A DNA stretch of 64,000 bases from Candidatus Bathyarchaeota archaeon (GCA_963833125.1 CAWHWX010000016.1:384001-448000); one strand, 5' to 3'; numbered from the stretch's first letter, positions 10,645 through 22,991 are shown. Numbers and translations are program-made. Notes: generated by a model not told the origin, from the sequence alone.

Positions 10645-12015
10645 TTGCCGATACTGCCAATCGACACGGGTCGATACGGGAGCGTAGAGATGCGCCATGT
10701 ATTCGAAGAAGAGACGAGATTTCAAAAAATGCTTGATGTCGAGGCAGCCCTGGCACGGGCGAGAGCCGAGGTTGGAGATATTCCGCGATCGGCCGCTGAA
10801 GAAATCGAACGCTATGCCTCCACGAAGTACGTGAAGCTGGAGAGGATTCGTGAGATAGAGAAAGTTACTGACCATGAAACTATGGCGTTGGTCGAAGCAT
10901 TAGCAGAGGCCTCAGGAAAAGGGGGCGCCTACGTGCATTTCGGAGCCACTTCATCGGATATTCTCGATACCGCCCTCGCATTGCAGATGAAGGAAGGCCT
11001 CAGCCTTGTGAAGCGGAACTGGACAACCTCGAAGAGACGCTGATTGGTCTTACACGCAGGTATCCGCGAAACTATCACGATCGGCCGAACCCACGGCCAA
11101 CATGCTCTCCCCATGACGCTTGGTTTGAAATTCGCTGTCTGGCTGCGCGAGGTAGGTCGACATATCGAGCGATTGAATCAGTGTAGCGAACGTGTTTTGG
11201 TTGGGAAAATGAGTGGGGCGATAGGCACTATGGCTGGGCTAGGCAATCACTCTTTCGAGATTCAGGAATCAGTCATGAAGCAATTAGGTCTAAGGGCAGC
11301 CGACGTGACAAGTCAAATCGTGCAACGTGATCGGTATGCGGAATTAGTGTGCATCTTCGCGATGGTCGGCAGTTCGTTGGATAAGTTCGCCACTGAGATC
11401 AGAAATCTGCAAAGGCCAGAGATCGATGAGTTGGCTGAGCCGTTCGCTGAAGGGAAGCAAGTTGGCAGTTCGGCGATGCCTCAGAAGCGAAATCCATGGC
11501 GTAGCGAGAATATCTCGAGTTTGGCAAGAATGGAGCGTAGCCTGGTTGGCCCGGCGCTAGAATCCATTGTAACATGGCATGAGCGTGATCTCTCGCAGTC
11601 GGCAACAGAGCGTTTCATTATCCCCGAATCTTTCATTATCCTCGATCATATGCTGAACTCTATGATTGGGGTTCTAGGTGGGCTTCACGTAAACGAGAAG
11701 AGTATGCTTGATAATCTCATGAAATTCAAAGATCCCTTGATGTCAGAATCGGTCCTAACTTCTTTGGTCAGCAAAGGTATGCCGAGGCAGGAAGCGCACA
11801 GTCTACTTCAGAAGCTGGTTTTCGAAAGCCGAGAGAAGCATGTGAGTTTCGGCGAAACCCTCAAACATGATCCGGTTGTCACTAAGTATCTAACTACGGC
11901 TGAACTAGACTTGGCTCTGGATCCAAAGGCGTACTTGGGCATGTCCAAGGAACTTGTGACTTCATCGGTTGAAAGGGCAATATCCGAGCGTCGTGCTCGC
12001 GGCTTAGCTGGTTAA
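10645..12015 (+). CDS. purB: Adenylosuccinate lyase; frameshift near 11020
   Basis: HFGATSSDI, GRTHGQHA, GSSAMPQKRNP signature, WHERDLS. Confidence 0.95.
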
Positions 12016-14272
12016 AGTGTTTCATCTCGCTTGTAATCTGTGAGCAAGCTTTGCTCGGTTGTTTCGGCGCCTTTTGCGTTGAGCGTTTCCCATTCTTCCG
12101 CCTTTATGAGTCCGCCAACCTGTTCCTTAATTTTCTTGGCGAGTGACGGACCAATCAAGGGTACGTTCATCAGGTCTGTCACAGAGGCATGTTTCAAATC
12201 GGCCAGGTTTCTATAGCCAGCGTTGAAAAGTGACCTCGCCCGAACCCGACCTACTCCGTCGAGTTCGACCAATGGGACAAGTTCAGATTTCACCCCTTTA
12301 GCGCAACGAATTTGGAGTTCGTTGGCTTGGCTTAACAGGTCTTTATGGCCGAACAGTTCTGCCAATTGATAGGTGGCATGCAAGAGCCATCTTGAAGTAT
12401 CCACCATTCGGAGGATGTCGCCGGGCTCGACCCTGTGAACTTCTAGTATTCCATCTTCGGAGGTTTCGTTGATCCATTCATACATGACTCTCGCGCATTT
12501 GATTTCGGCGAGAAATTCTTCGTAAGTGATTCCATTCGTATCACCGTAATATTCCGGTACTTCGCACATGTACTCGTCTTGGTGCTCCTTAGCGAACAGG
12601 TCCAGCATCTCGTCTTCGCCGCGTCGAGGATACAGCTTGGGAGAAATGTCAGGCGTTCTAGAGATTAGGTGGAGGAAGCTAACGTCGGTGACGTGTTTTG
12701 CCCGAGTGTACAGTCCATCGCGAAGTATGACCCCCGAAACTGGGTCGATATAGAGTTCGGAGACGCGTCGGCCGAACCTAGTGGCCTTCAGCTCGTCCCC
12801 CGCAAACTCAACCATCTGCTCTCTGTGGAGGAATGAGAGTATCTCTCCCAATTTCCCTTTGATCATCTTAGGGTCATATTGGAATGCGTAGAAGGTTTTC
12901 GCGAAAAACCTTTCCAGGCCATCCTCTGATGTCGCAAACCTCGTAGCGATAGTCGCCAATACGTGCGGCCTCAAAACTTTCTCTGCTCCAAGCTTAGACC
13001 AGATTCTCTCGGGTTCGGCTAACGGGTAATTCTTCAGCAGGTAATCCTGCTCATCCTCAGTTCGTGCAATGAGGATTGCCTCCCCGAACTTATCGTATCT
13101 CGGCCGACCCGCCCTCCCACACATTTGCTTATACTCCAGGACGGAGATCGGGTACCGTCCATAGCCGGGTTCGTAGCGTTCATAGCTGCTGATGATTACC
13201 GTTCGTGCGGGCAGATTCACTCCGGCTGCAACTGTGGGTGTCGCTGAGAGGATCTTGAGCCGCCCACTCTTGAATGACTCTTCCACGATCCTGCGATGTG
13301 CGCCGGGCAAGCCGGCGTGGTGAAATGCTACTCCGCTGAGAACTTGCTCAGCGAGAGTTTCGCCAAGCCGTGTTCTCTCGCCTGTCGACAGGATTCGTTG
13401 TGCGATGTTTTCTAAGCCCCTGCGGTCAGGTTTAGCCAGGCTTCTCCGTAACACCGCGGCCGCCTTCTTTCCCATCTCGACAGCCGTGCGCCTGGTTTCA
13501 GCGAAAATTAGAACCTGACCTCCATCTCGTATGACGTCAAGTGCAGTTTCGAATATTGGGTTCGCTGCCGAATTCGGAATAGCTCTTGAGGAGCCGTCCT
13601 TGAATTGGATTTGTCCGTTGTAGAATACTCCTTCGCGAGGGGAACGGGTCGCCAGTCGGTTGTGATCTGAGCGGCTTGGAGCCATTCGCCGATCTCGGCT
13701 GCGTTCTTTATGGTTGCACTTAGCGCGATGATTTGCAGTTTCGGGTTAATCTTGAGCAGCCGTGTCAGAACCACTTCTAAGGTGGGGCCTCTATCCGCTT
13801 CTGTGATCAGGTGGATTTCGTCGGCTACAACAACGGTCACGTCGGCGATCCAAGGGGATCGATGTCGAAGGAGTGAATCAGCCTTCTCGTTGGTTGATAT
13901 GATTACGTCGTAGTTAGATAGGTGGAGGTCTGAGCTGTCGTAATCGCCACTTGTGATGGCGACCCTAACCTTACGGCCGGGTGATTTTTCAATTTCAGAG
14001 TACTTTTGAAAATCCTCGAACTTTTCACTTGCTAGCGCACGAAGGGGGGTGAGGTATAGTGCCTTCCCGTCATGCTCCAGTATTGATTTCAAAACGGCAA
14101 GTTCAGCCACGAGAGTTTTCCCTGAGGCTGTTGGGCTTGCGAGTACGAGGTTCTTTCCATCAAGAACCCCCGCTTTAATCGCGTCTTCTTGCGGCGGGTA
14201 CAGGGTTTCGTATCCCGCTTTGGCGACTACCGCCTTTACTGAGTCTGGGATAGGGAGTTCGTCTACTCGCAA
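12012..14272 (-). CDS. hel308: Ski2-like helicase Hel308/Hjm; frameshift near 13640
   Basis: PTASGKT, DEIH, LSAT, FHHAGL, QMCGRAGRP, HhH GVGRVRAR; C-terminal PIP-like QSLLTDY. Confidence 0.93.
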
Positions 14273-14287
14273 GTTTCTAAGCGTCTC

Positions 14288-16329
14288 TCAGGCTGCCGTT
14301 CGCTTCAGGTGGCCGGGCTTCGGCGAATAAAGGATTCCCTCCTTAACAAGTTGGTCAATGAGTCTTCTCGATTCATCATCCGTGAGGTCCACCTTGCGGG
14401 AGAGCGCTTGGTAGAGGGTTGAATCTTCAACGATACCAAGCTGCTTTTCCAAATCGGCGAAGGTACTTAGCACGATTTGCATCTTATCGCGCAAGCTCTT
14501 TGGTTTGCCCGTCATGATTACGTCAATGTCTATCTTTCCCGTCGTGGTATCGATGCCCACATCTTGGAGAGATAATGTCATTAAACGAATTATTGCCTGC
14601 GCATCCTCAGCTTCTACGCGGTCACGCAAGAAGCTTTTCGCCCTAGCCTCAGCAAGTCTCACCAACCCTTCCAGTTGTCTAGGAGTTATCACGACGGGGG
14701 ATTCGCTGGATCCGGATAGGGAGCGCATCTTCAGGTAATACTGCCGGATAGCATTCACTGAATCCTCGGTTAAGACGGGTTCTATGCGTTTTGCGTAGGC
14801 TATGTATTTGCGCAGCATTTCGGGAAGTAGCGGTGGCTCCTCTGGCGTCGTCTTCAATCTGTGAAGAGTCAATATGTGTTCGGACATTCGACTATCAGCG
14901 TCCACCTCGGGAACATCCTTCATGATGAAAAGAAGGTCGAAGCGCGATAGTAGGGTCACTGGAAGGTTGATGTTGTCAGTTAAGTTCCTGTACGGATCAT
15001 ACCTCCCCAACGCCGGGTTGGCGGCTGCTAGGACTGCCGCTCGAGCATTCAATGTAGCCACAATTCCTCCCTTCGCCACACTGACGGTGTGTTGTTCCAG
15101 AGCTTCGTGTATTGCTACTCTGTCCTCTGGCCTCATTTTGTCCATCTCGTCGATGCAAGCGATTCCTTTGTCCGCGAGTACGAGGGCTCCTGCTTCTAGT
15201 ACCATGCCCCCAGATTTTTCGCGCACTACAGCGGCGGTGAGTCCTGCTGCCGTCGTTCCTCGGCCGCTCGTGTAGAGTCCTCGTGGGGCTATGCGGGAAA
15301 CGTATTGGAGTAATTGGCTTTTGGCAACTCCGGGATCTCCCACGAGAAGGACGTTTATCTCACTCCTAATCGAGACTCCGTCTGGTAGTCTCTTTGGAAC
15401 TCCTCCGAATAGCAGGTAGAGTACGGCTTCTTTGATGTCACCGTAGCCGTAGATTGATGGGGCGAGCGAGGCGATGAGTTTTCGGTGGATGAACGGGTCT
15501 TTCGCCAGCTCCCGGATCACTCTCTCATCTTCAGGAGTTATCTCGACGACCTCAACCTCTTTGCCGACGATGTCTACGTAGTTCGCGTCGAGTTGGAGGT
15601 CGAATGTTCGCAGCCTGGCTTTGCGACCCACGTATTCCTGCTGAGCCCTTGCAGTGCCGGTTATTGAGACTCGGTCGCCTGGGCGTGCAATGTCTACCAT
15701 ATCCTCGGATAGTTTGATGTCCATTGCCCTGGGCAACTGGCCGGGGGGTAGGTCTTCGGGTCTTTCTTGTATTCGGATTTCCTGTGAGTTCATGAAGGTC
15801 GACTGTTTCTCGAGGAATTCAAAGACTGCGAGATCTACAATGAGCACAGACTCCTGGGCCGCGCATGAGCACCCCGGCTTGTTCGATGTAGCTCATTGCG
15901 TTGCATTTGCGGCATTGGAATGCGGCTTTGAGTAGTAATGGTTTGACGGAAGTTGATCGGACGATGATTCCATCTATGGATAGCAATCGCCCGATGTTCT
16001 CAGATCCGATTAGGCGGAGGGAGTGTTTCTCGGGAAGTTTCCTGCATCTGACGCGGAGTTTCTTTATGATTTCCGCAGTACTCTGGGTCTTCGATCTTGA
16101 GCTGTGCCCAACCACTTCGGTCCAGATATTCGAGATATTCATCGGGTTTGTCGAGAATAGAGCGGGCAAGTTCCGGATCGTATGCGATCAGGTCATCGAA
16201 ATCGACGACGAGTGAGCGTGAGCCAGATAAGGCAACATGACCAAGGCGCTTTCTATACTTGTATTCGCCTTCCGCCGTGAAAGAGCGGAGGAAGTCTTGG
16301 AAGCGTTCCTCCGGGTTTTGAGAAGTCAA
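14288..16329 (-). CDS. mcm: Replicative helicase MCM; two frameshifts
   Basis: Zn finger CRKC/CAHC, GDPGVAKS, IDEMDKM, LLSRFDL, TPRQLE. Confidence 0.97.
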
Positions 16330-16889
16330 GACTTCAGCGCACTTCCAAGAAGCTTAGTCTTCCAATCCATGATCGTCTTGTTCAGAATCAAGTATAGGAT
16401 TCGTTCTTCGTAGGTTAGCACTTGGATCAGTTCTTCGGAGGGTGTTGGAGATGCGGCAAGTGAGACTATTTTGCGGATTCTGCAATTGACGATGTCTCGG
16501 ACAAGGCTCTCTGTTCTCTCCAGCTCACGCAGCTTGACTTGGTCCTGTTTGCTCGATTCTTTGAGTTCGATTACGTGGCGTCTGAGTAGGCAGTAGAAAT
16601 TTGGTTGAAGTGCGGGCAGCTGCCTGGAAGCGGGAATTGTCTCCCGCCAGTGAATCTTGGAAAGAGTATTGTAATTGAGAACGTCTTCTTCGCGGAACCT
16701 CGCATATCCTAATTGAACAAGCTCTCTAGCCGTCCAGTATGGGACTTCAACTTCTTGTCCCATTTTGGATGACAGAATTCTGGATAGCCTAGGCGAAGTT
16801 TCAGGAATTTCGCGCGTTAATACGATCCTGGTTTGTGAATTTTCGAAATCGAAGTCAATATCCTCTACGGACATCAGGGCTTCCGACAA
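16326..16889 (-). CDS. gins23: GINS complex subunit Gins23
   Basis: EVEVPYWTARELV, RIRKIVSLA, LTYEERILY; overlaps mcm start as in TACK archaea. Confidence 0.8.
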   Translation of the reverse strand: MSEALMSVEDIDFDFENSQTRIVLTREIPETSPRLSRILSSKMGQEVEVPYWTARELVQLGYARFREEDVLNYNTLSKIHWRETIPASRQLPALQPNFYCLLRRHVIELKESSKQDQVKLRELERTESLVRDIVNCRIRKIVSLAASPTPSEELIQVLTYEERILYLILNKTIMDWKTKLLGSALKS

Positions 16890-17134
16890 GAATAAACCAC
16901 CAACTTTCCACTTCGCTTAGGTTTCTGAATTTAAGTTGTTCGAACGAGGAAATTTGAATAGGATACTACAAATTGCCACTGCAGGGAGAAACTGGACCAC
17001 AGAGGCCAATGAAACTGATCGTGGTTTTCCGTGTGATTACTTTGCTCATGTTTAGCTGGGGCCAAGGCTTTTGAATGACGCAAACGAACTGGGCCGCACT
17101 GGAAGTCCAAAGGAAATTCATACCGTGATTTTGA
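16890..17134. promoter_or_regulatory. Divergent promoter region gins23/rfcS with several GAAA(C/T) mini-ORB-like words
   Basis: gcagggagaaactgg (16981), ccaatgaaactgat (~17006), tccaaaggaaat (~17106). Confidence 0.3.
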
Positions 17135-18118
17135 ATGTTGAGTGAAACGGGCCTTATGTGGATCGAGAAATACCGGCCGCGAACCCTTGACGAGGTCGTT
17201 AATCAAAAAGAAACGGTTGAGGGATTGAGAGCCCTTCTCAAGTCACCCGCGACTATGCCCCACCTACTGTTCGCGGGACCGCCGGGCACGGGGAAGAGCA
17301 GTGTTGGACTTTGCATAGCACGGCAGTTGATGGGTGACAACTTCAGGAGGCTTGTGCTGGAACTGAACGCGTCCGACGAACGCGGCATTGGCGTGGTTCG
17401 AGAGCGCATCAAAGGTTTCTCGCAAATTATTCAAACTACAGCTTCCGGCGTTCAATTTGGGCTCGTAATTCTTGACGAATCTGACGAAATGACGAAGGAC
17501 GCACAGACCGCTCTCAGGAGAATAATGGAAACAGCATCCAGAACATGCCGCTTCATACTGATCTGCAACTACCAAAGCGGAATAATCGAACCTATTCAGA
17601 GCAGATGCTCGGTCTTCAGGTTTAGGCAACTTGAGGAGATTGACGCCACCAGTTACCTGGACAGAATATGCAAGTCGGAGAAAATAGAAGCAGACACGAA
17701 GGTTCTCCGAAGAATTTTGGAACTCTCAGAAGGAGACCTCAGGCGGGCGGTTAACTATCTCCAAGTTGTCGCGAGTAGCTCGAAGGGCGGACGATTAGAC
17801 CTCTCAGCTTTGGAAAAGTTTCAACCCGAAGCACAGAGTAGTCTCATACGCAATATGCTGACGCTGGCAATTAAGGGAGATTTCATCAAAGCTAGAGACG
17901 CCATGTACGAGCTGATGGGTAAGTATGGAGTGAGCGGAAGGGAGATTATTCGTGCGGCAAACCGGGAAATTAGCCGGATTCCCGAAGCAACCGGAGAAAA
18001 GCAGGTGGAGATTGTGCGCGCCCTGGGAGAGTGCGATTTCAGGTTAACGCAGGGAGCGAACGAAGACATCCAACTGAGCGCCATGCTTGCTCAAGTTGTA
18101 GAAATCGGAAGAAAGTAA
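17135..18118 (+). CDS. rfcS: Replication factor C small subunit
   Basis: WIEKYRP, GPPGTGKS, ELNASDERG, ILDESD, IQSRC. Confidence 0.96.
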   Translation: MLSETGLMWIEKYRPRTLDEVVNQKETVEGLRALLKSPATMPHLLFAGPPGTGKSSVGLCIARQLMGDNFRRLVLELNASDERGIGVVRERIKGFSQIIQTTASGVQFGLVILDESDEMTKDAQTALRRIMETASRTCRFILICNYQSGIIEPIQSRCSVFRFRQLEEIDATSYLDRICKSEKIEADTKVLRRILELSEGDLRRAVNYLQVVASSSKGGRLDLSALEKFQPEAQSSLIRNMLTLAIKGDFIKARDAMYELMGKYGVSGREIIRAANREISRIPEATGEKQVEIVRALGECDFRLTQGANEDIQLSAMLAQVVEIGRK

Positions 18119-18119
18119 C

Positions 18120-19920
18120 GTGCAAGCTCAGACGGAGCAGAACGTGGCCTGGACGGAGAAATACCGCCCACAAACCACCGCTATGCTGCTCGGAAATGAG
18201 GACTCAGTTGAGAAATTCAAAACGTGGCTAAAGCAGTGGACACTAAAGAAGAAACCAACTAAAGCCTGCCTGCTCGTTGGTCCGCCCGGCGTAGGAAAGA
18301 CTACTCTTGCTAGAGCCGCAGCCGGTGACTTTGGATTCCGGGTTGTGGAACTGAATGCGAGTGATGTTCGGACCGAGAAGACGATTAAGAAAGTGTTGGC
18401 ACCCGCAAGCACCTCAATGACACTCGACGTCTTCTCAACCGGGAGTCGAGGCAACCTAATACTCCTTGATGAGGTGGATGGCGTTTTCGGTCGTGAGGAC
18501 CGAGGCGGGTTGGGCGCAGTCCTAACAGCAATTAAAGACGCGCCCCTCCCCATCGTACTCACCGCCAATAACATTGACGACGAGAAATTTGACGACTTGA
18601 GGAAGGTCTGCGTCGTCCTCCCCATGTATGAAATCAGGCCACGCCTCCTCGTCTCGTTACTCAACTACATACTCACCAAGGAGGGGCAGTCGCTGCCGCT
18701 GAAAGTTGTGAAAAAGCTCGCTGGCGAGAGTTACGGGGACATTCGATCAGCGATCAATGATGCTCAGACTATGTCAACAAGCGGAATCCAAACTCTACGT
18801 TCAACCCGAACCAGAGAACTCAATGAGAGGAGTACGGTTCGCGGGATGTTCGCCGGGAAAGGTCTAGGCCGCCTCACGGCGTGTCCTTAACGAGACTGAG
18901 ATTCCCCTCTACCGCGACGAGCTTCTCCTACTAATCCACGACATCCTTCCCTACATCTACACATCACCAGATAAGTTGGCTAAAGCGTACGACGCGCTTT
19001 CAAGGGCAGATATGGGCTACGGACGGGTGGGCGCCAGGAGATCGCGAGGCATGATGCCTCCCCCATTCAACCTTCCACGCCGAGACCAAGTTCCCGAATG
19101 GAGCCTTCTACCCGTCGCTTTGAACGAGTTAGCTTCAGTCGGTACGGAGAAACCGGATGAAGATCCTGATCACGCGTTGCAAGTGGCGCCACGAGTTTCA
19201 ACAAAGACCGTTGACAGATTTCAATATCGACTCTGGGCGCTAGACCATCTTTGTGGCCGACTGGCCCGAGCCTGCCACCTCTCGAAACGCAAAGCACTTC
19301 TGGATCTCGTTCCATTCGTCGTGGAACTCTTTCGGATCAACGAGACTCAGGGCAGAGAGATCGCGCTTCAGCTGGAACTGGAGGAGCGCGACATCGACTT
19401 CCTAGTCTCCGAGTCGAAGGTTCAACCCGCAGCGACTGGGCCGCAGGAACTGCTTGACCCAACCGGTTTCAAACTGCCATACATGGGTAAGGACAAATTC
19501 ATCCAACTCATGAGAGCGGGAATCAGCTACGACCGAAACGGTGGGAAGTTTGTAGTCCGACGCCTCGACAATCTAGACGCAGTCGAGGAAAGGCTAGCTG
19601 GGATTCTGTCCAGCCCCGTCAAGTTTGTGCGACCTGAGGAAGTTGTAGCTCGCGGTGAAGGGGAAGCTATCCAGGAATGTTTCGTTGATGGACTGCAAGT
19701 TGTATGTGACAAATGCGAGTTCATTGAAAGCTGTCCAACTCATACAGTCACATCCTTGAAGTTCTGCCTGTGCGACGAAACGGTATCTGATCCGAAGAGT
19801 TACGAGAAGTATGTAGCGAAGAATGCGCCACCTACAAAGGCTCCGAAAGCAGCTAAAGCTGTAAAGCAGGACAGGGGCCGCAAGAAGCGTCAGGGACCTT
19901 TGGCTAGTCCAATTAAGTGA
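18120..19920 (+). CDS. rfcL: Replication factor C large subunit with extra C-terminal Cys-rich domain; frameshift near 18870
   Basis: WTEKYRP, GPPGVGKT, ELNASDVR, LDEVDG, GDIRSAIND. Confidence 0.9.
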
Positions 19921-20423
19921 CCCAACTCGGGGAGAATCAGTTTCTCCATAGCGGTCCGCACAGCATTCGGTGATCCGGGCAGGCAGAATATTGCTCTCCG
20001 CTTTATCGTGCCCGCGAACGCCCGACTCATCATGGCCGCAGAGCCTATCTCGTCAAAACTGATCTTTCTGAACAATTCACCGAATCCTGGAATCTCCCGA
20101 TCCAACATCGGGGAAATGGCCTCGAACGTAACATCCGTAGACGAGAGCCCAGTGCCTCCGGTGATGATCACTACGTCAACGTCCCGGTTCGAAAGCGCAC
20201 CTCTCGTAGCCTTCCGGATCATAGGCTTAGAATCTGAAATTAGTTGCCGTCCCGCAATTTTATGGCCGGCATTGGCAGCGAGCTGTTCAATGATGTCGCC
20301 CGACTCGTCGTCGGGGTTCTGTTTCGCCTTCAGCTGCTTGAATTTCGATGTGCTACAGGTGATAACGTAAACGGTGGCTGTTTCTGGCGATGATTGCTTG
20401 TGTAGTTTTGAAGTTTCGCTCAT
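19890..20423 (-). CDS. moaB: Molybdenum cofactor biosynthesis protein MoaB/MogA
   Basis: DESG, TGGTGLSSTDVT, IPGFGELFR, SRAFAG, LPGSPNA. Confidence 0.92.
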   Translation of the reverse strand: MSETSKLHKQSSPETATVYVITCSTSKFKQLKAKQNPDDESGDIIEQLAANAGHKIAGRQLISDSKPMIRKATRGALSNRDVDVVIITGGTGLSSTDVTFEAISPMLDREIPGFGELFRKISFDEIGSAAMMSRAFAGTIKRRAIFCLPGSPNAVRTAMEKLILPELGHLIGLAKGP

Positions 20424-20426
20424 TTC

Positions 20427-20867
20427 TCATCGCTTAATTTTCTTCGTGACCCGCAAGTTGGTGATCACGGTGCTCGGGTATTGTCCTTTCGAGTCCTTCT
20501 CGTATTGTTTGACCATGTCCCATATAGTGAGCAGGTAGGTTGAAGCAGCAGTAAGCGCCTCCATCTCCACCCCAGTCCTTGCTAGACCTTTGACGTAAGA
20601 CTCAACTCGCAACGTATTTCCTTGGAACGAATGCTTCGTGCGAACGGTCGTTAATGGTATCGAGTGGCAAAAGGGCAGTAGGTGGGGTGTATCCTTAGCC
20701 GCCATAATCGCCGCGATTTCCGCCGCCGCTACCGCATCACCCTTCGCTATTCCCCCTGACCTTATTCGCTTGATCGTGCTCGGCTTCAACCTGATTTCGC
20801 CAACGGCGAAAGCTTCTCTCGAAATGATGTCTTTCTGCGAGATGTCTATCATCGAGAACCGTTGCAT
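20427..20867 (-). CDS. moaC: Cyclic pyranopterin monophosphate synthase
   Basis: MIDIS, LPFCHSIPL, TGVEMEAL, IWDMVK. Confidence 0.95.
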   Translation of the reverse strand: MQRFSMIDISQKDIISREAFAVGEIRLKPSTIKRIRSGGIAKGDAVAAAEIAAIMAAKDTPHLLPFCHSIPLTTVRTKHSFQGNTLRVESYVKGLARTGVEMEALTAASTYLLTIWDMVKQYEKDSKGQYPSTVITNLRVTKKIKR

Positions 20868-20959
20868 TACAGACTACCTCTGAGACGATGATAACGCGTA
20901 GAGGTAAGTTATCTGTTGCGCCGGAACTGGATCCGCCGCGTAACTAGATTAATGGGTAT

Positions 20960-22184
20960 TTACTTTCGTTGGGACCGCTTTTTGCTCGTGGTTGCCAGTG
21001 CAGCCTCTAATTGTTCACGCATTGTGGAGGCGGGTATGTTCTGTAGGCCGAGTAGGGTTGTTTTGCCGCGGACGCCTTCCCCTGATTTTGAAGCCGCTAT
21101 GACGCCTATGGCGCTTAAGCCGCGGGCGTATTTCCAGATTTGCGTGTGTTTTCTGGGTTTATCGTTGTATTCCTCGCAGACGGCTTTGTATTCGCGTTCA
21201 ACGGTTCCGATGTTGGCGTAGGCTTCCTGCGACTCCTCAAGGGTCCTTGCTAAGGCTAGTAGCATGTATTTTTCGTGGGAAGATAGTGCGGCAATGTATT
21301 CGCCGCGCAGCATGGGGTAAACGCTTCCCGCCGCTTTGCGGACATGTTCGGTGAGAACTCGCTTTGAAGGTTCTGAATCCGCATACTTTCCTGCTCGCCA
21401 GATAAGTTCTATGGCGTATCGAGCATCACCACTCTGCCCTCCTACGTCAGCGACAAGTTCTAGGGCTTCGTCGGCTACCGCGTTTTCTTTGAAAGCTAAG
21501 CTGACGCGGGCTTGGAGTATATCGATTAGTTGACGGGAATTGTACTTGTCAAGTTTGACGATGTTCCTTTGCAGGGTATCGACAGTGCTTCTATCCAGTT
21601 TTTGTAGGTATTCGAGTTCGCGGAGTATGAAGATGAGTGATAGGCGGATTGGTTTTCCAACCCGTTCCTCTTGGATGCGGGTCAGGTTGTAGATTGGGGT
21701 TGACTCCTCCACCCTGATCAAGTGTTCAACTTCATCTAGAGCCAGTATGAGGTGCATGTTCTTGTCGTCAAGCATGTCCATTAGAGTGTGGAGAAGTTCT
21801 TCGGGTGCGAAGCCGCGTTTTGGAAATTCAGGTTCGAACTGCGTCAGAACCCGTTTGATGATCATGAAGAGGCTGCCTTTCGCTTCGCGGCAGTTGACGT
21901 GAACATAATGGAGATTGACCTTTCGCCCCCTCGCAGCCTTGACTAGGTCTGTGCCGAAGCGTTGGACCAAAACCGTCTTCCCAGTTCCCACATCGCCCGT
22001 GATCAGAACTCGTTGGCTTGTGGAGAACGGGCTGTCAAGGGAAAAACGGAAGAGTTGCGTTAGAAAACGCATCTGATCGTCGCGGGTGAGGAAGGTTGCG
22101 GGGTAGGAACTCCAACGAAAGAGGGGTTTCGTCCTTGAAAACTGTCGGTCTCTCTAACGTCTCTTTAACGATGTCGGAAGACAA
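20960..22184 (-). CDS. cdc6: Orc1/Cdc6 replication initiator; frameshift near 22085
   Basis: N-terminus VFKDETPLSLEFLPRNLPH read upstream of the called ORF; GDVGTGKT, ALDEVE, GDARYAIEL, C-terminal wHTH. Confidence 0.93.
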
Positions 22185-22384
22185 TTGAACGAGAGCCCCT
22201 ACTCTGGGCATGGTTTACAATACTCCCATTTTACGGTGTTTGTTGTCTAAGACGATAAAAATAGGAGAGCAGGGTGAAACTGATTGACGGGCTACGTTAA
22301 ACTTCTTAGTCTTAGGCGCAAGACTAAGTAAATTCTGCCTTCAGATGACGGTTTTTTCAGCACACCGAAACTAGGTAGGTGCTG

Positions 22385-22430
22385 AGAACTTGACGTTACC
22401 ACTAAGAAAGGCAACGGGGCGTTGTCGGTT
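22385..22430. repeat. Right-end / 9 bp / left-end junction 1
   Basis: agaacttgacgttacc-actaagaaa-ggcaacggggcgttgtcggtt. Confidence 0.65.
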
Positions 22431-22510
22431 TTGGATTGCTCAAGAGGTAGCTGACACCAAATTCACCGCTGACCTACGGCCATTTGTTGACATTGATTCA
22501 GAATGCAATC
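22426..22510 (+). pseudogene. IS6-like transposase remnant, internally deleted
   Basis: RFWIAQEVADTKFTADLRPF joined to LTLIQNA. Confidence 0.75.
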
Positions 22511-22556
22511 GCTAAATACAAAGAATCAAAGCAGTGAAGTTAGAGGCAATCCAGAT

Positions 22557-22772
22557 TTGAAAGGCTTGACAAGCAAGCAGCATCTATTCATGCGGGTAAT
22601 ACTTGTAGTCAGCCTTGCAAATGCGGCAATTTACTACAATCTCTTCTTGAATCCCCAAGTTGTAACTGTACCATGGCAATTCGCCGAATTTGCCGTATTG
22701 GCAACTGCCGTTACCCTCTTCGCTCTTACAGTAAATCTACTCTTTTGGTGGAAGTACCAACGAAGTACCTAG
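22557..22772 (+). CDS. Small two-TM membrane protein (cargo), paralog of 24909-25166
   Basis: MKGLTSKQHLFMRV...WWKYQ vs MKGLTSKEHLFVRV...WWKYQ. Confidence 0.65.
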   Translation: MKGLTSKQHLFMRVILVVSLANAAIYYNLFLNPQVVTVPWQFAEFAVLATAVTLFALTVNLLFWWKYQRST

Positions 22773-22991
22773 ACAAGATCACACCGCAGGTATCTGACAT
22801 ATGGAGAGCCGACGAACTATTCCTAAAAAGTAAGGGCAAACATGAAAGTACCTGTACGCACTCATGGACGATCAGACAAGATCTGGATAGGCCCAAATAA
22901 ATGTAACGTTATCTTCACTCATGCCTAGAAAGCAGGGATAGAAGTTAAGGGCAAAGACAGGTGGTTGACTCTGATTCAGAACGCTTCAAGA
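22763..22991 (+). pseudogene. IS6-like transposase remnants (first DDE aspartate region and 3' tail)
   Basis: KYLDKITPQVSDIWRADELFLK...MKYLYALMDDQTR; then degenerate end gtaacgttatc (22903-22913); then KAGIEVKGKDRWLTLIQNAS. Confidence 0.8.

Noticed and set aside
16931-17206. Numerous short antisense or overlapping ORFs in the track (this one as an example)
   Set aside because: They are shadows of well-supported genes or promoter regions with no recognisable motifs
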